A stretch of DNA of 64,000 nucleotides from Okamejei kenojei (GCA_035221665.1 CM069131.1:22878001-22942000), one strand, 5' to 3'; shown: positions 37,578 through 50,570, counted from the first letter of the stretch. Numbers and translations: made by a program. The notes: generated by a model not told the origin, from the sequence alone.

Positions 37578-37755
37578 CTTCCTGGTACCTTAGTAGATTG
37601 TGGTGGGGTGGGAGATTGCAACCTTCACGTGGTCCGCCCTGAGATCGATCTCAACGAATGCAATCAGCCTGGCGTGCACAATCAAATAAGATCAAATAGA
37701 ACAAGTTGTCCCACAACTTTAGGCTGTGCACGCCATACGCAAGAATACGAAGAAG
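37578..37755 (+). mobile_element. Short non-LTR/SINE-like element ending in a GAA-rich tail
   Basis: Ends GCTGTGCACGCCATACGCAAGAATACGAAGAAG; same terminus as 14860-14918; replaces the Tc1 right tip. Confidence 0.55.
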
Positions 37756-39009
37756 TACATTGTGGCAAGTATAATAACTGCTCACAATAGAATTATCCAC
37801 TTTAATTTATCAAACATAAACAACCCAGGAATCCATTTGGTATGAATTTAATCTTCCAGGTTTAGCTGAATCACAGCCCAGTTTCTACTTGGCCCTATTG
37901 GAAAGTGTTAATATTTGTGAGGATACAGCTCCAGCTTTCCCAGGCTTCCTTTGTTATTTCCAGTTGTCCCTCCCATTTCGGTAATGTGCCACAGCGGGGC
38001 TCTTGCTGGCTGTAACTGGGAAATTGTCCCTCGATGTTTGCTGGTTGCTCAGCGATTACTCAACACCGAGCAGCAGAGAGAGCTGCGTGACAGACAGCAA
38101 AACTGCTCTCATTTGATGATTAAGTTGCGCTCGCTTAATTACGTCGGCATTATTGCATTATCTATCAGTTGCTCATATGGCAACACAAAGGACAATAAAT
38201 TATCACCAAAAATTGGAAAGAATCCGTACATTAAATTGAACCCTGATGCCATTACACAGCATACTGAATTACTGACAGATACACATTATCCCACCAGGGC
38301 AACCATGCATCCTCGCATTTACTGGCATAAAGATAGATACATGTTCACAGACAGGAATCCGCAGAACAGCCAAAATGGACACGATGAATACAGACATGTG
38401 TCAATGACAACACAATTAAAAATCGCCTTGAAGATATATTATATCCATTAAAAAAAAACCTAAACCAACTGATTAGGTATGAATGATTCCTAAAACACCT
38501 TGCGGAAAGTATCTGAAATACTCGGTCAACGCACCACTAGATTCGATTCCTGGAGACTGCATAACTTTAGAGATTTTTACTCAGTTACAACCAATAGTTA
38601 AGTGGTGGGCATAGAGTTAAGTGGTGGGCATAAAACAACATTAGGAAATGTACTTATTCTATTGCCCACTCCCTCGCCACCCTCACCCCCACCCCCACCC
38701 CCACCCCCATGTTAATCTAACATATAAATGAACTGGCCCTTATTTATTTACTTTGCTCCCATGACCTTCAGGAATACAAAAATAAGCTACGGACGATATT
38801 TTGTAACCATACACTGATCTCACGATAATAGCGGGGGCGGGGAGAAGTTTTCTCTGTAAACCGTCGTAGTTTAATCGTAATTATGTTCCTTGTTAATGTA
38901 ATTAAGATTTGCCAACAATAAGACGCAGGGTAGGACCTTTCTGGAGCTGGATTGTGCCTCATTAAACGAAAAACGTCCGAAGATTAAACTGTGCACCACA
39001 TTAAGTAAA

Positions 39010-39200
39010 ATGCACTTGGTACTTGATGTATTCAGAGTTAGATATAGCTCTTTGGGCTCGCGGAATCAAGGGATATAAGGAGAAAGCAGGGGAGAGCTAC
39101 TGATTTTGGATGATCAGCCATGATCAGATTGTATGGCGGTGCTGGCTCGAAGGGCCGAATGGCCTACTCCTGCACCTATTGTCTACGTTTCTCTGTTTCT
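39010..39200 (+). mobile_element. CR1 LINE 3' end
   Basis: GAATCAAGGGATATAAGGAGAAAGCAGG..GATCAGCCATGATC..GGCTCGAAGGGCCGAATGGCCTACTCCTGCACC. Confidence 0.85.
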
Positions 39201-40109
39201 ATTAACTCAATAAACAGTTACGCACACAAAAAAAACAGCTTTCATATATTAAACCTTCCTCTACGGAAAAAATGATGCAGAGATAACGTGAACGCCGCAA
39301 GAGATAAAATACTCTAATTAAAGATGAAACTGCAACCAAACAATCTGCAATGGAAAGCGAGATAGTTAGTTATAATAGTTAGTTATAATAGTTAGTTATA
39401 AGCAGGTTTTCCTTCAATTAAATTGGGTACCCCTTCTTGATATAATTCCACGCGTAGTCAATAACCTAACGGCGCAATCTGACTCCTAATGGCTAATTTC
39501 TTGAAAGGACACCTATAGGTCATTACAGCAGCAAACACTGGAAGGTAGCAAATATGAGAACCTTTATTGTTATGGAAATCTCCGGGCCCTTGTTTTTACG
39601 GGTTCCTTTAGGCTATAGTAATAAACAGAGTAATTAGAATGCTAAAGACAGATGTAAATAAAAGAAAGTAGGCTGCGCTGATGGATGAGTCGCTGGGTCA
39701 GGCCCTCATCAAACAGCCCAGTTGGTAGCAAATGATCCTCTCCATGCCAATGGCCTTGGGCAAAAACAAAGGACAGAGAAAGGGAGGGGAGAGAGATACT
39801 GGGGAGCGCTTTTACGCAATAATTACATCAAAATGTCATCGCATCTGAATAGCAGGCAGAAGCGCAACCAGACACGGTCACATGTGGGCCGTGCAGTGTT
39901 ATTTATTATTTTGACGGAGTATTGACCTCCAGTAACGCACCGCACATTTCCCTTTTTCACTCTTCTCCGTTCTCTAGTTGGTTCAGAAAATATGTCTATG
40001 AAGGCATACACCGCCAGTATTGACATATTGACATATTTTACAAGAAAATCGACATTCGTAATCTAAAACAAAATAAAAGACCAAAGTGCAGGAGGAATTT
40101 AGTGGGGCA

Positions 40110-41272
40110 GACAGCGTCTGACCCGAAACACCGAGTGTTCCTTTCCCTCCGCACATGCTGGCTGCTCCGCTCAGTTTCTCTAGCACGTAAAAAAAGGCAC
40201 AAAGTGCTGGAATAACTAGGCGGGCCATGCAGCAGCTCTGGGGAACAAGGACATGTGACTCTTCGGTCCGGGACCCTTCCTGAGACGTATTGTGGTGGGA
40301 TGGGGAGAGAAAGTTGGAAGAGAAGAGGGGCAGCACTTCGCTTTGTATTTGCTGAAGATTCCAGCACTACAAGACACTTGATCTACCTGGTCAATCAGAC
40401 TTCTTCGTGTTGATGAACAAAACTCCAACCGTTTATTTATTTCCCTCTAAAACGTTGACGCGTATCCTGGAAGTTAATTCTTACAGGTGTTCCAAGTAGA
40501 TGTTTTTCAGATAAAAGTGAACGTATCATTCTTGCACTAATCCTTTATATGTTGGCAGCTAAAAGGAAAGCACAGAGGAGATGGGTGATACCAGGACATC
40601 GTGACCCTGCCAACAACCATTCCCGGTATTGGTCAAGAGCTAAGACAATTTATTTTAAAATATAACGCAAACATTCCATGCAGCAACTGCGATAACAAAT
40701 CGATGCTTTTTGGATATATACTTTTAAATCAGTCACCAATATAAATTAAAGAATTTGCTGGGATCCCTAACCTGTTTTTTAAGTCTACTTCGGTATAACA
40801 GTCTGAAGAAGGGTCGGAAACGTCGCCCATTCCTTCTCCCCAGAGATGCTGCCGGTCCCGCTGAGTTAATTCAGCATTGTGAGTCCACCTTCAGTTTAAA
40901 CCAGCATCTGCAGTTCCTTCCTACTCTATATAACAGCAGTTGACACTAAGAGCACTTTTTAAAAGGATCAAATATCCTATCATGACGTGCTACGAAATTC
41001 TTCAAGATGATACTTTTTGTTCACACACAAAGTGCTGTAGGCATGGTGTTCATTTTAAATCTGCATGTGTGTGACCCTTACATTTACTGATCTTGTAACT
41101 GTCCTCTCAGAAACGTGCAACAGCTAGAAGAACTAGTACGGGTTTTGAAGAAAGGTCTCGACCCGAAACGTCACCCATTCCTTCTCTCCAGAGATGCTGC
41201 CTGTCCCGCTGAGTTACTCCAGCTTTTTGTGTCTGTCTTCGGTTTAAACCAGCATCTGCAGTTCTTTCTTAC
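40110..41272. mobile_element. Cluster of four Penelope-like terminal repeats (about 40110+, 40195-, 40798+, 41143+)
   Basis: For example 41143 TTGAAGAAAGGTCTCGACCCGAAACGTCACCCATTCC...CCAGCATCTGCAGTTC; interspersed with unique DNA. Confidence 0.75.
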
Positions 41273-43614
41273 ACTTAGTACGGGTTTTATCTTGGTTTCT
41301 TGGAAAAGTTGACACAGTCTTAAACTTGGTAAAACATACTCAGATACCTTTTCAAACATACCTTTTAAAAAAAGTATTTCTTGATCCTACACACACCATT
41401 ATTGCACGAATTCTAAATTCTCATTTCATCTCCATTAAAGTGACAGGGAATGTGTAATCTAACGATGCTTTTAAATTCTGGAAGTTCAATCGTGCCTGTA
41501 ACCCTTGATTTGGCATAACGAGAGCTGCAAGTTCCTCGAATCAGCGAGCAAACTGCGTAAAAAATTCAGTAGATCTCAAATACGATCGTGTGATGGCAGC
41601 AAATTGACGGATAACAAGATGTAAGGGATTATAAGGTACACGGGCACGATCCCTGCACTTTTTCAAATCATGAGGTTTTCAAGATAATTTAAATACCTTC
41701 TAAGTTCTTATCTTATCTGTCTTCGTATCTGTCGCTCTCTAGGATATGAACTATTAGCAGTTAAATATAACAGGAGAGATAATAAGAGCGCTGTCCGCAT
41801 TTCAAATTCACACCCACACTCATCTATGGGGAGGAACTGGTGCAATTGGTAATAGTTGAAACAATGAATGGAATATTGGGATAAACTTTTAAACTTTGCC
41901 TGCGTCAGAAACGCGTCGCCTCTTGTGTACTGCCTAGGTGAGTGAGGTCCCCGTCGCATGATTTACCGGATTGTATGCAAAATAAAGCATTTCACAGCAC
42001 CTGTGTACATGTGACAATAGAGTATCATCGTAAGCATCACATCATCATAACTTGAGCATTTCAGTGGATCAGTCTACTGAAAGAATTGGCAGTTCGACCG
42101 GCTGTTAGCAGCTGATATTAAAATGCCTGACTACAATTATAACTTCCCCACCGCTACCTCCAGCTATCAATAACCATATTTATTAAAAAAAAATAAGGAC
42201 GATGCGTTTGAACATCACGGTTTGTCGTTGTTTTCAATTGACAATTTCGCGATGCATTAAATTCCTCCGCGTTTTACAGCAACTAATCGCATATTAAATT
42301 GAAACAAATTTATTCTATCAATTCTAAAACGCTCGCTATAAAATAATTTAATGAGAAGAAATTGGTGACAACGTCTCCTAATTTTATATACATTTAAAAC
42401 ATCTTAATTTCCTGCAATATGCCGCGTTTGACAGGGTCAAAGGATTGTAGCCTGAAGCCGGCGGCCGGTCAATACTTTTTAAACAGAACGACCCTTCCCC
42501 CTCCGAGCACAGAGGAGAATACGTGACCTTGTAGGTATGAAACATCTTGAAATTGATGCGAAGAAACCCAGCAGTAAATGCAGTGAAATACTTTGGTGCT
42601 TTTATCTGCAGCTGAACCCTGGTCACAATTCTTCATACAATGAGTTTTGAAAATAAAATGACCTCAGCTGTTTGGTTCGACAATCTTTACCTAGGCTTGG
42701 CGTAAACGGTGAAAGAACTACACTTGCAAAAGCCAACGATGCAAGTCGAAAAGAGTTCACGGTGAAAGGATGAAAAAAATGCGGAGTACCATTAATCAAA
42801 CTTAAAATTCCCTTTGCTGAACTTTATACATCTTTACACTTGATCACCCCGCATGAAGACACAACCCATGGAGACACTGTCCGAGTGGTAGAAGGCAGGT
42901 CTTGTAGATATGGAGGTCAAGACAATGACGGAACTAGCTGAAAGAAAAATAAGGACGAATTTCGGAAGCAGAGGGAAGACATGAAAGGAAAAGAAAGATC
43001 GGGAAATGAAAAGGGTGAAATAATTGGCGGTATAAACCAGCTTCTGGAATGTCAAAAGCAGGAAAAATAGAGGTTGAAAGTTAAATAAAAGTTAAACGAT
43101 AATCAGAAACAACGTTGAAGTTACTGTGAAATTCAGACGAGAAAGTGTTTTTTGTTCTTTCCGCAGTTATCACTATGTCATATAACCGAGACCAAACAAA
43201 CATTAAACAGGCATAATATCACACCCGAAAGGTTTAAAACGCGTGGCATACATGGCCTGGCAACCTAGTAAACTGAAAACTTATTGTTTATTTATTTAAG
43301 GCGGAGATTGATAGATTCATGACCAGTCTGGGTGTCAAGGGTTATGGGCAGGAGAATGGGGTTGAGAGGGAAAGATAGATTGAATGGCAGAGTAGACTTG
43401 ATGGGCCGAATAGACCAATTCTGCTCCTATAACTTATGGATATGTAATTATGACATGATTTATTTGTTGTGTTGCGTTAATGTGCATGTAAAAGCTACAG
43501 AAAATAAGAATTTCTCCCCTATGCAGTTGGCAATTAAACACTATTGAATCATAACTTTTGAACGGCCTAAGGATATAAATGGGAGTCTTCACTTTCAAAC
43601 CACTGCCTTACAAC

Positions 43615-43842
43615 GTGTGTAGGAAGGAACTATGGACGCTGGTTTATACCGAAGATAGGCACAACGTGCAGGAGAAACTCAGCGGGTCAGGAGGCATCTT
43701 TGGAGGAAATGGGTGGGTGATATTTCGGGTCGGGACCTATCTTCCAGTCTGAAGAATGGTTTCGACCCGAAAGGTCACCCATCCCTTTTCTCCCGAGAAG
43801 CTGCCTGACACGCCGAGTTACTCCAGCACGTTGTGTCCATCC
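43615..43842. mobile_element. Head-to-head palindrome of two Penelope-like terminal repeats
   Basis: Minus copy ending ..GGGACCTATCTTCCAG abuts a plus copy TCTGAAGAATGGTTTCGACCCGAAAGGTCACC. Confidence 0.75.
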
Positions 43843-44494
43843 ATACTGCCTTACACCTTCCTCTTGAAGGCTGGTGCTTTTGCTTTTCCTTGTAGGACTG
43901 GTTCCTGCACTGATCCAGTGGACGGCAGAAGATGTCGGATCATGGTATGGTCGTTTTTTTCACTTTAAATCGGTTTTGCCTTGTACTTCCCGTAATTATT
44001 GGCCGTTTTCCAACATTATATTCTCAATATATATTTATGCAGATGGTTTTTGTTTGGCCTCGAGCGGCTGGGTTAATGACATATGTGTAGTGGTCTCCAG
44101 GGTATAAATGTCTCCACCTGTCCGCAGGTCCACAGAAAATGGAGCCCCCAAACCAATTGAACGCATATGTTTTGACACAGGGAACAGCAGATGCTGGAAT
44201 CTTGAACAAACCACAACGTGGCGGAGACTATACTCTACTGGACTGTTTGTAAGAATACGGATTTCACTTTGTTAGCACTTCGTATATGTGTCAATAAGAG
44301 CATCATTGAACTCAGCGGGCCAGGCAGCATCTCTGGAGAGAACATGGACAGGCGGCGTTTAGGGCCAGATACCGCCTGACCCGCTGAGTTGCTCCTGCGC
44401 TTGCTTTTTGAACGCATATGGTTGTTCCTCTACATTGCCGTGTGACATAACAGTAATGACTAGACCGACGTCTAGTTGCACACGCTCTATTCCC

Positions 44495-44812
44495 GGGTTT
44501 AGAAGTACAGCGTGGAAACAGGCTCTTGGGCTCAAAAAGTCGACACCGACCACTCACACTATCCATTCACACTAGTTTTATGTTATCCCACAATCACATC
44601 CTCTCTCTACACATAAGGGACAATTTTACGGAAACCAATAAGCCTACAAACTTGCACATCTTCAGGAGGTGGGAGGGAAATGGAGCCCAGAGGAAACCCA
44701 CGTGGCCAGAGGGAGAAGTGCAAACACCACACAGACAGCAGCTGAGGTCAGGATGGAACCTGGTGGCTGGCGCTGTGAAGCAGCAGCTCTCCCAGATGCA
44801 CCACTGCACTGT
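44495..44812 (-). mobile_element. HE1-like SINE
   Basis: Same layout as 1710-2014 (ACAGCGTGGAAACAGGC...GAGGTCAGGATGGAACC...CACCACTGCACTGTCC). Confidence 0.8.
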
Positions 44813-44828
44813 CCTAATGTTCTACTTA

Positions 44829-45267
44829 GGGGCCTGTCCCAGCAGCATGCAACTCCATGCGATGAGCGCGACCTAACGTGGTCGCTTGAGCCGTCCAGCG
44901 TCGCGGGGCCGGTCTCACTTCGATCGCCGGAGCCGTGCGGAATTGTGCGGAGTTCGTCCCGACATTGCGCGGGGCTCCGAAAAACTGACCATGCTCAAAA
45001 ATTCCGCGCGGCAACGGCTTGTCGGCTCGCAGTCGCCTCGACGCATTACACACCGCCTCGACATCGTGCCTCTGTGCCCCTCTGTGTGTGCCTCCGTGAC
45101 CCTCTCTGTGTGTCCCTCTCTGTCCTGGCGAACTTATCTTTAAGACTTCGCTCCAAGTTCGCCTCACTTTGCGCCGCGTTGCGCCGCTCACCCCACCTCC
45201 GCGCGGCCCCCGCTGCCGGTTTGATCGCGCTCTTCGCATGGAGTCGGATGCTGGTAGGACAGGCCCT
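44829..45267. mobile_element. PIF/Harbinger-type MITE related to 35877-36404
   Basis: TTA|GGGGCCTGTCCCAGCAGC...GCTGGTAGGACAGGCCCT|TCA; shares SRPASRGRSHFDRRS-encoding arm sequence with the 36.0-36.4 kb copy (opposite orientation). Confidence 0.85.
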
Positions 45268-46439
45268 TCAGATAGTGAAAAGATACAATCCAAAGCAATG
45301 GGCCTATTCATAAACGAATTTGGGCAGGAATGAACCTGGTAGCCTCACGATTAAGGCCTCATCTTAGTTCTACCAACTATGGGCAAACATGCGTTTATAT
45401 TTGGCAATCAGCGCTTCCAAACAAATTGCTTGGATCAGGGTGAAAGGTTATTATAGACAAGCAAATCACGGAGGTCCCACACTCCTGATCCTTGTCCTCT
45501 GGGGTCTCAGCGCAAAGGTTGCAAGGTTTGCACATTTCTTGACTACTCTCTCAAAGATTATACTACATTTAAACATAGGCTTGACTCAAGTTTGTTAAAT
45601 GGCATAGAATTAACAGTTCAAGTCCCTTTCTAGCCATCATCAGGCAATCTGGGCTTGCACTGCAGTGTCAGAGGTGCTGTCTTTTAGAATTGACATTGAA
45701 CTGAAGTCCTACCTGCCATTTCATGTAGATGCAAAATATACAGGAGTCTGGTATTGGAGGAGAGCAGGGTAACTATTCTGGTTTCCTGGCCCAATGAACA
45801 AGAACAATTATTACCACTTGGCATTCATAACTTTATGGTTATTGGTACTCTTTCCCCAACATTGCAACCATTAATACACTTCAAAGATAACTGACTGGCA
45901 ATGAAATGTTTTACCGTGTCCTTTTACTCATGAAAGAGTTTCACATCCTAGGTTTGCATAGAAACATAGAAACATAGAAATTAGGTGCAGGAGTAGGCCA
46001 TTCAGCCCTTCGAGCCTGCACCGCCATTCAATATGATCATGGCTGATGGCATGGAGTCCACTTGTTCAGTCTCTGCCACATGGAGTTAATTTTTATGTAC
46101 AATGAATTACAATGTCCACACTTTTAATGAAAGATGCATGTCATGACTAGTGGGCACATGTAACGGGACAGCTACCTCTTTATCATTATTTTTGTATGTT
46201 CATAATTTCATTCAGAATACCCAGTTTAGTCGTTGGGGATTTAGTTTCAGTCTGAATCTGTTTCCTGATCCAAACTCAGTGTTGCCTGAACACCTTTTCT
46301 CTTACCAAAAAAGGTTGTCTAAAACTGGACTCTAGATTTCACCGGCTTTCACATCCGTAAGGCGTGTGTCTCACTGATAGATGCACTTAAGTAAGTCCTG
46401 GCACAGGAGTCAGAGTGGCCCACGAAAGTCATAAGGTCT

Positions 46440-46740
46440 TAAGATCATGTGATATGAGCAGAATTAGGCCATTCGGCCCATCAAGTCTACTACACCATTC
46501 AATCATGGCTGACCTAGCTCACTCTCCTAACTACATTCTCCTACCTTCCCCCCCATAACCCCTGACACCCATACTAATCAAGAATCTATCTATCTCTGCC
46601 TTAAAAATACCCATTGACTTGGCCTCCACCGCCTTCTGTGACAAAGAATTCCACAGATTCACCACTGTCTGACTAAAGAAATTCCTCCTCATTTCGTTCC
46701 TAAAGGAAGGTCCTTTAATTCTGAGGTTATGACCTCTGGT
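46440..46740 (-). mobile_element. CR1 LINE 3' fragment
   Basis: GGCCATTCGGCCCATCAAGTCTAC..ATCATGGCTGA..GAATTCCACAGATTCACCAC..AAGAAATTCCTCCTCAT. Confidence 0.85.
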
Positions 46741-46824
46741 CGGGGTCTGTTTGCAACTCCAAGAAACAGAACATTTCTGTTTGTCTTGCAGGTAGATGCT
46801 GGTGGAAAGAGCTCCTGAAGATTT

Positions 46825-48015
46825 GTGAATGGCAGATGAGTTGAACAGTTACTTTGGATCTGTCTTCACTAAGGAAAACACAAACAATCTCCCAGATGTA
46901 CTAGTGGCCAGAGGACCCAGGAAATTCACATTAGGCAGGAAATGGTGTTGGGTAGACTGATGGGACTGAAGGCTGATAAATCCCCAGGGCCTGATGGTCT
47001 GCATCCCAGGGTACTTAAGGAAGTGACTCTAGAAATCGTGGACGCATTGGTGATTATTTTCCAATGTTCCATAGATTCAGGATGAGTTCTTGTGGATTGG
47101 AGGGTAGCTAATGTTATCCCACTTTTTAAGAAAGGAGGGAGAGAGAAAACAGGGAATTATAGACCAATGGATTTATAATGGGGAAATCATGCTTGACTAA
47201 TCTTCTGGAATTTTTTGAGGATGTAACTAGGAAAATGGACAAGGGAGACCCAGTGGATGAAGTGTACCTGTACTTTCAGAAAGCATTTGATAAGGTCCCA
47301 CATAGGAGATTAGTGGGCATAATTAGAGCACATGGTATTAGGGGTAGGCTACTGACAGGGATAGAAAATTGGCTGGCAGACAGAAAACAAAGAGTAGGGA
47401 TAAACGGGTCTCTTTCAGAATGTCAGGCAGGAATTATTGGGGTACCGCAAGGCTAGGTGCTGGGACCGCAGCTATTTACAATTTACAATAATGATTTAGA
47501 TGAACGGATTAAGAGTAACATTAGCAAATATGCAGAAGACACAAAGCTGGGTGGCAGTGTGAACTGTGAGGAGGATGCTATGAGGATGCAGGGTGACTGG
47601 GACAGGTTAGGTGAGTGGGCATATGCATGGCAGAAACAGTTTAATGTGGATAAATGTGCGGTTATCCACTTTGGAGGCAAGAACAGGAAGGCAGATTATT
47701 ATCTGAATGGTGTCAAGTTAGTCTTTTACCCAGGGTAGAGGGACCAAGGAACCAGTGGACGTAGGTTTAAAGTGAGAGGGGAAAAAGTTAATAGGAACCT
47801 CTTGGGCAATTTTTTCACTCAGATGGTGGTGTGAATATAGAATGAGCACCGGAGGAGGTGGTTGAGGAGGTACTACAAGAGCATTTAAAACACACTTGCA
47901 TAGGAAAGATTTGGAGGGATATGGGCCAAAGGTAGGCACAAGGACGTAGCGTGGATGGGGCATTTTGTTCGTCATGGGCAACTTAGGCTGAGGGGCCTGT
48001 TATTTATATGGCTCT
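46825..48015 (+). mobile_element. CR1 LINE ORF2 (RT) remnant with internal deletions and 3' end
   Basis: KSPGPDGLHPRVLKE, GKSCLTNLLEFFE, FQKAFDKVPH, GVPQG*VLGPQLF, SKYAEDTKLGG. Confidence 0.92.
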
Positions 48016-48819
48016 ATGAGATCTAATAGATTTCAACTGGGAGAATCAGGAGATAAGGTAATAATACAGTAAGGTAAATTTGAGCAAAGAATCAGCCATT
48101 ACCTTGATTGAATGATACAACTTTGTTTTAAGAGACATGTGGCATGTTCCTGCTCTATTTCCTGTTATTGATTATGTTTCATGCTGGAGCAAGAAGTTCA
48201 TATGAGGTTCTTGAACCACTTGTGGTGTGATAGCATAATGATTCATTGACTATCAGCAAAAGTCCTGGATCATTAATCCAGAGACATGATTTTGAATCTT
48301 ACCATGACAGCTGGGAAATTAAATACATCTGCACTTAAATAGCTTCAATTAGCGAAAATGTGAGACTACTGGATTTATTAATGTATTTCAGGGAATGATG
48401 TGTTCTGTACTTACCTGGTCTAGCCTCTATGTGACTCCAAGCCACACAATATTTCCACTACTTGGAAAATCTCAAAGAAGGGAACAGTAGTCATAATAAG
48501 CGGTGGGCCATTTAAAACCGAAGTGAATAGATATTTATTTTTGCAGATTGCGATGAATCCCTGTAATTCTCAAGGCCAGAAATTGTGGAAGCCAGATCAT
48601 TATAACTATTTAAAGTAGAGACAGATACATTAAAAAAAAAACAGAGCTGGCATAAAAGAGGAGTTGAGGCTTGGGGTAGATCAGCTGTACAAAGCTATGT
48701 TCAGGTTGCACTTGAAGTATTGTGTACAGTTTAGGTCACCACACTACAGGAAGGCAGTAACATAAAGAGTGCAGTCGGATGTTGTATGGAATGGTGAGAT
48801 TTAATTATAAGGGAAAAAA

Positions 48820-49185
48820 AGACACAATGTACTGGAGCAACTCAGCAGGTCTAGTAGCATCTCTGAAGGTAAGGAATAGGTGATGTTTCCGGACGGGACC
48901 CTTCTTCAGACTGATTGCGGTGAGAGGGGGAAAGAGTTAGACGTGAAGTTGGGGGTGGACAAAGCCTGGCGAGTGACAGGTGGATACAGGTGAGGGTTTT
49001 TTTGATTGACAGATGATTGGATAAAGGCCAGAGATGTAATGAAGAAAAGACACTCTCTACCAGGTTTCTAACCCCGAACAAATTCTGTCTGAAGAAGTGT
49101 CTAGATCTGAAACATCATCTAATCATGTTCTCCAGAGATGCTGCCTCATCCTCTGAGTTACTCCAGCACTTTCTGTCTTTTCTTC
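48820..49185. mobile_element. Inverted pair of Penelope-like terminal repeats within CR1 debris
   Basis: Minus copy 48820-49050 (with purine-rich extension) and plus copy 49085-49185. Confidence 0.7.
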
Positions 49186-49589
49186 TTGTAAGCTGCCATA
49201 TGCGGTTTCTTATGATACTTATAATGAAAGCTTGGTTAAAGCTGGCTTTATTCTCACTGGAATGTAGGAGCCTAGGGTGTGATTTTATAGAGGTTTGTGA
49301 AATTCTGAGGGATGTAGTATAGATAAAAGTCTTTTGTTTGCAGATGGCGGAGTGTGAAACTAGAGGGCATAAGTTTAAGTTGAGAAGTAGGAAATGTAAA
49401 GGAGATCTGAGGAGTACATTTTTCACACTGGGTGGTGAATATTTGGAATGAGCTGCCAGAGGAGGTGGTGGAGGCAGATACAGTTACAGCACTTTCCTTT
49501 TTTGCCAGCATCCTGTGAACTGCTTTGTTATCGCTGGCTATGTTAAATGTGCTATATATACACAAATTTGTTAACTGATTTATCCCTTT

Positions 49590-50570
49590 GCAATGTCTGA
49601 TTTGCTTCCATTCACTCTACCTTGATGTCTTATTCACTCCCTTCTATGCCTTGATATCCCCATCACTCCACTTTCTTCCACCACTATACCCTATTCATTC
49701 CCCTCTGCCCCATTATATGCCATTCATTCCCCCTCCACTCACCGCTATATCCATTCACTTTCTTTCCACCCATCACCATAGCCAAGTCACTCTCCTTTCC
49801 ACCCCTCCAATGTTTATTCACATACCACTTAATGCGGCGTGCTATTCATTTTCTGCTCCCTGAAGCATTGCATTTAGTCTCACAACTCCCACATTAACGC
49901 CCTTGTTGTGTCATGTCGCCAACCCTTACAAATCCCCATTTACTACCTTGGAATGTTCCGTTCACTCGCTCTTCACTACTCACAATGCCCCATTAAAAAC
50001 CCACCTCTTCATGATAACCCTTCGATGATCCCCCAGCCTCTACTATATTTAATTCAACTTAACAAAGCTCAGCTCTCCCTATAACATCTGCCACCTGTGT
50101 CCCATTCAACCCTCATCTACCATCTATGGTAACCCATTCAGTCCTTCTCCAAATGCACATTCAAAGCCATTCCTCAAATATCCCATAACTTTGCCCCACC
50201 CCTCATGATTAGCATTCACACCCATTTAATGCCTTGCAATATTCCATGTTGCTCACTTCACTTTCTTCTCCCTAGTTCTGCAATGTCCTATTCCCACCAC
50301 ATGCTTTGTGCTATTCCTTTCATTTTCCTGCCATGTGTCACCATGTTTCATTCACTTCGTCATCAGTCCTGAAATGTGCCACATTCTGTCATCATCTGCA
50401 CACCCTACGAACCCCTCAGAACATCAATTGTATTTCCACCCACTCCCCATCCCTTTACCCTCTAATAATATCCTATTCACTTCCCACACTTACAGAATGA
50501 CATTCATTTTGCAATTCTTTGGACTGTGCCTTCACCTCATTCGGCCATATCCCATTAATCCCTATTCATA
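49590..50570. repeat. Degenerate C/T-rich minisatellite-like tract
   Basis: Recurrent CC(C/T)ATTCA(C/T) motif and strong G depletion over about 1 kb. Confidence 0.6.

Noticed and set aside
37951-38451. 166-aa ORF
   Set aside because: Non-ATG start, no homology recognised; overlaps an enhancer-like block
44669-45313. 214-aa ORF
   Set aside because: Runs across a SINE and a MITE; no protein features
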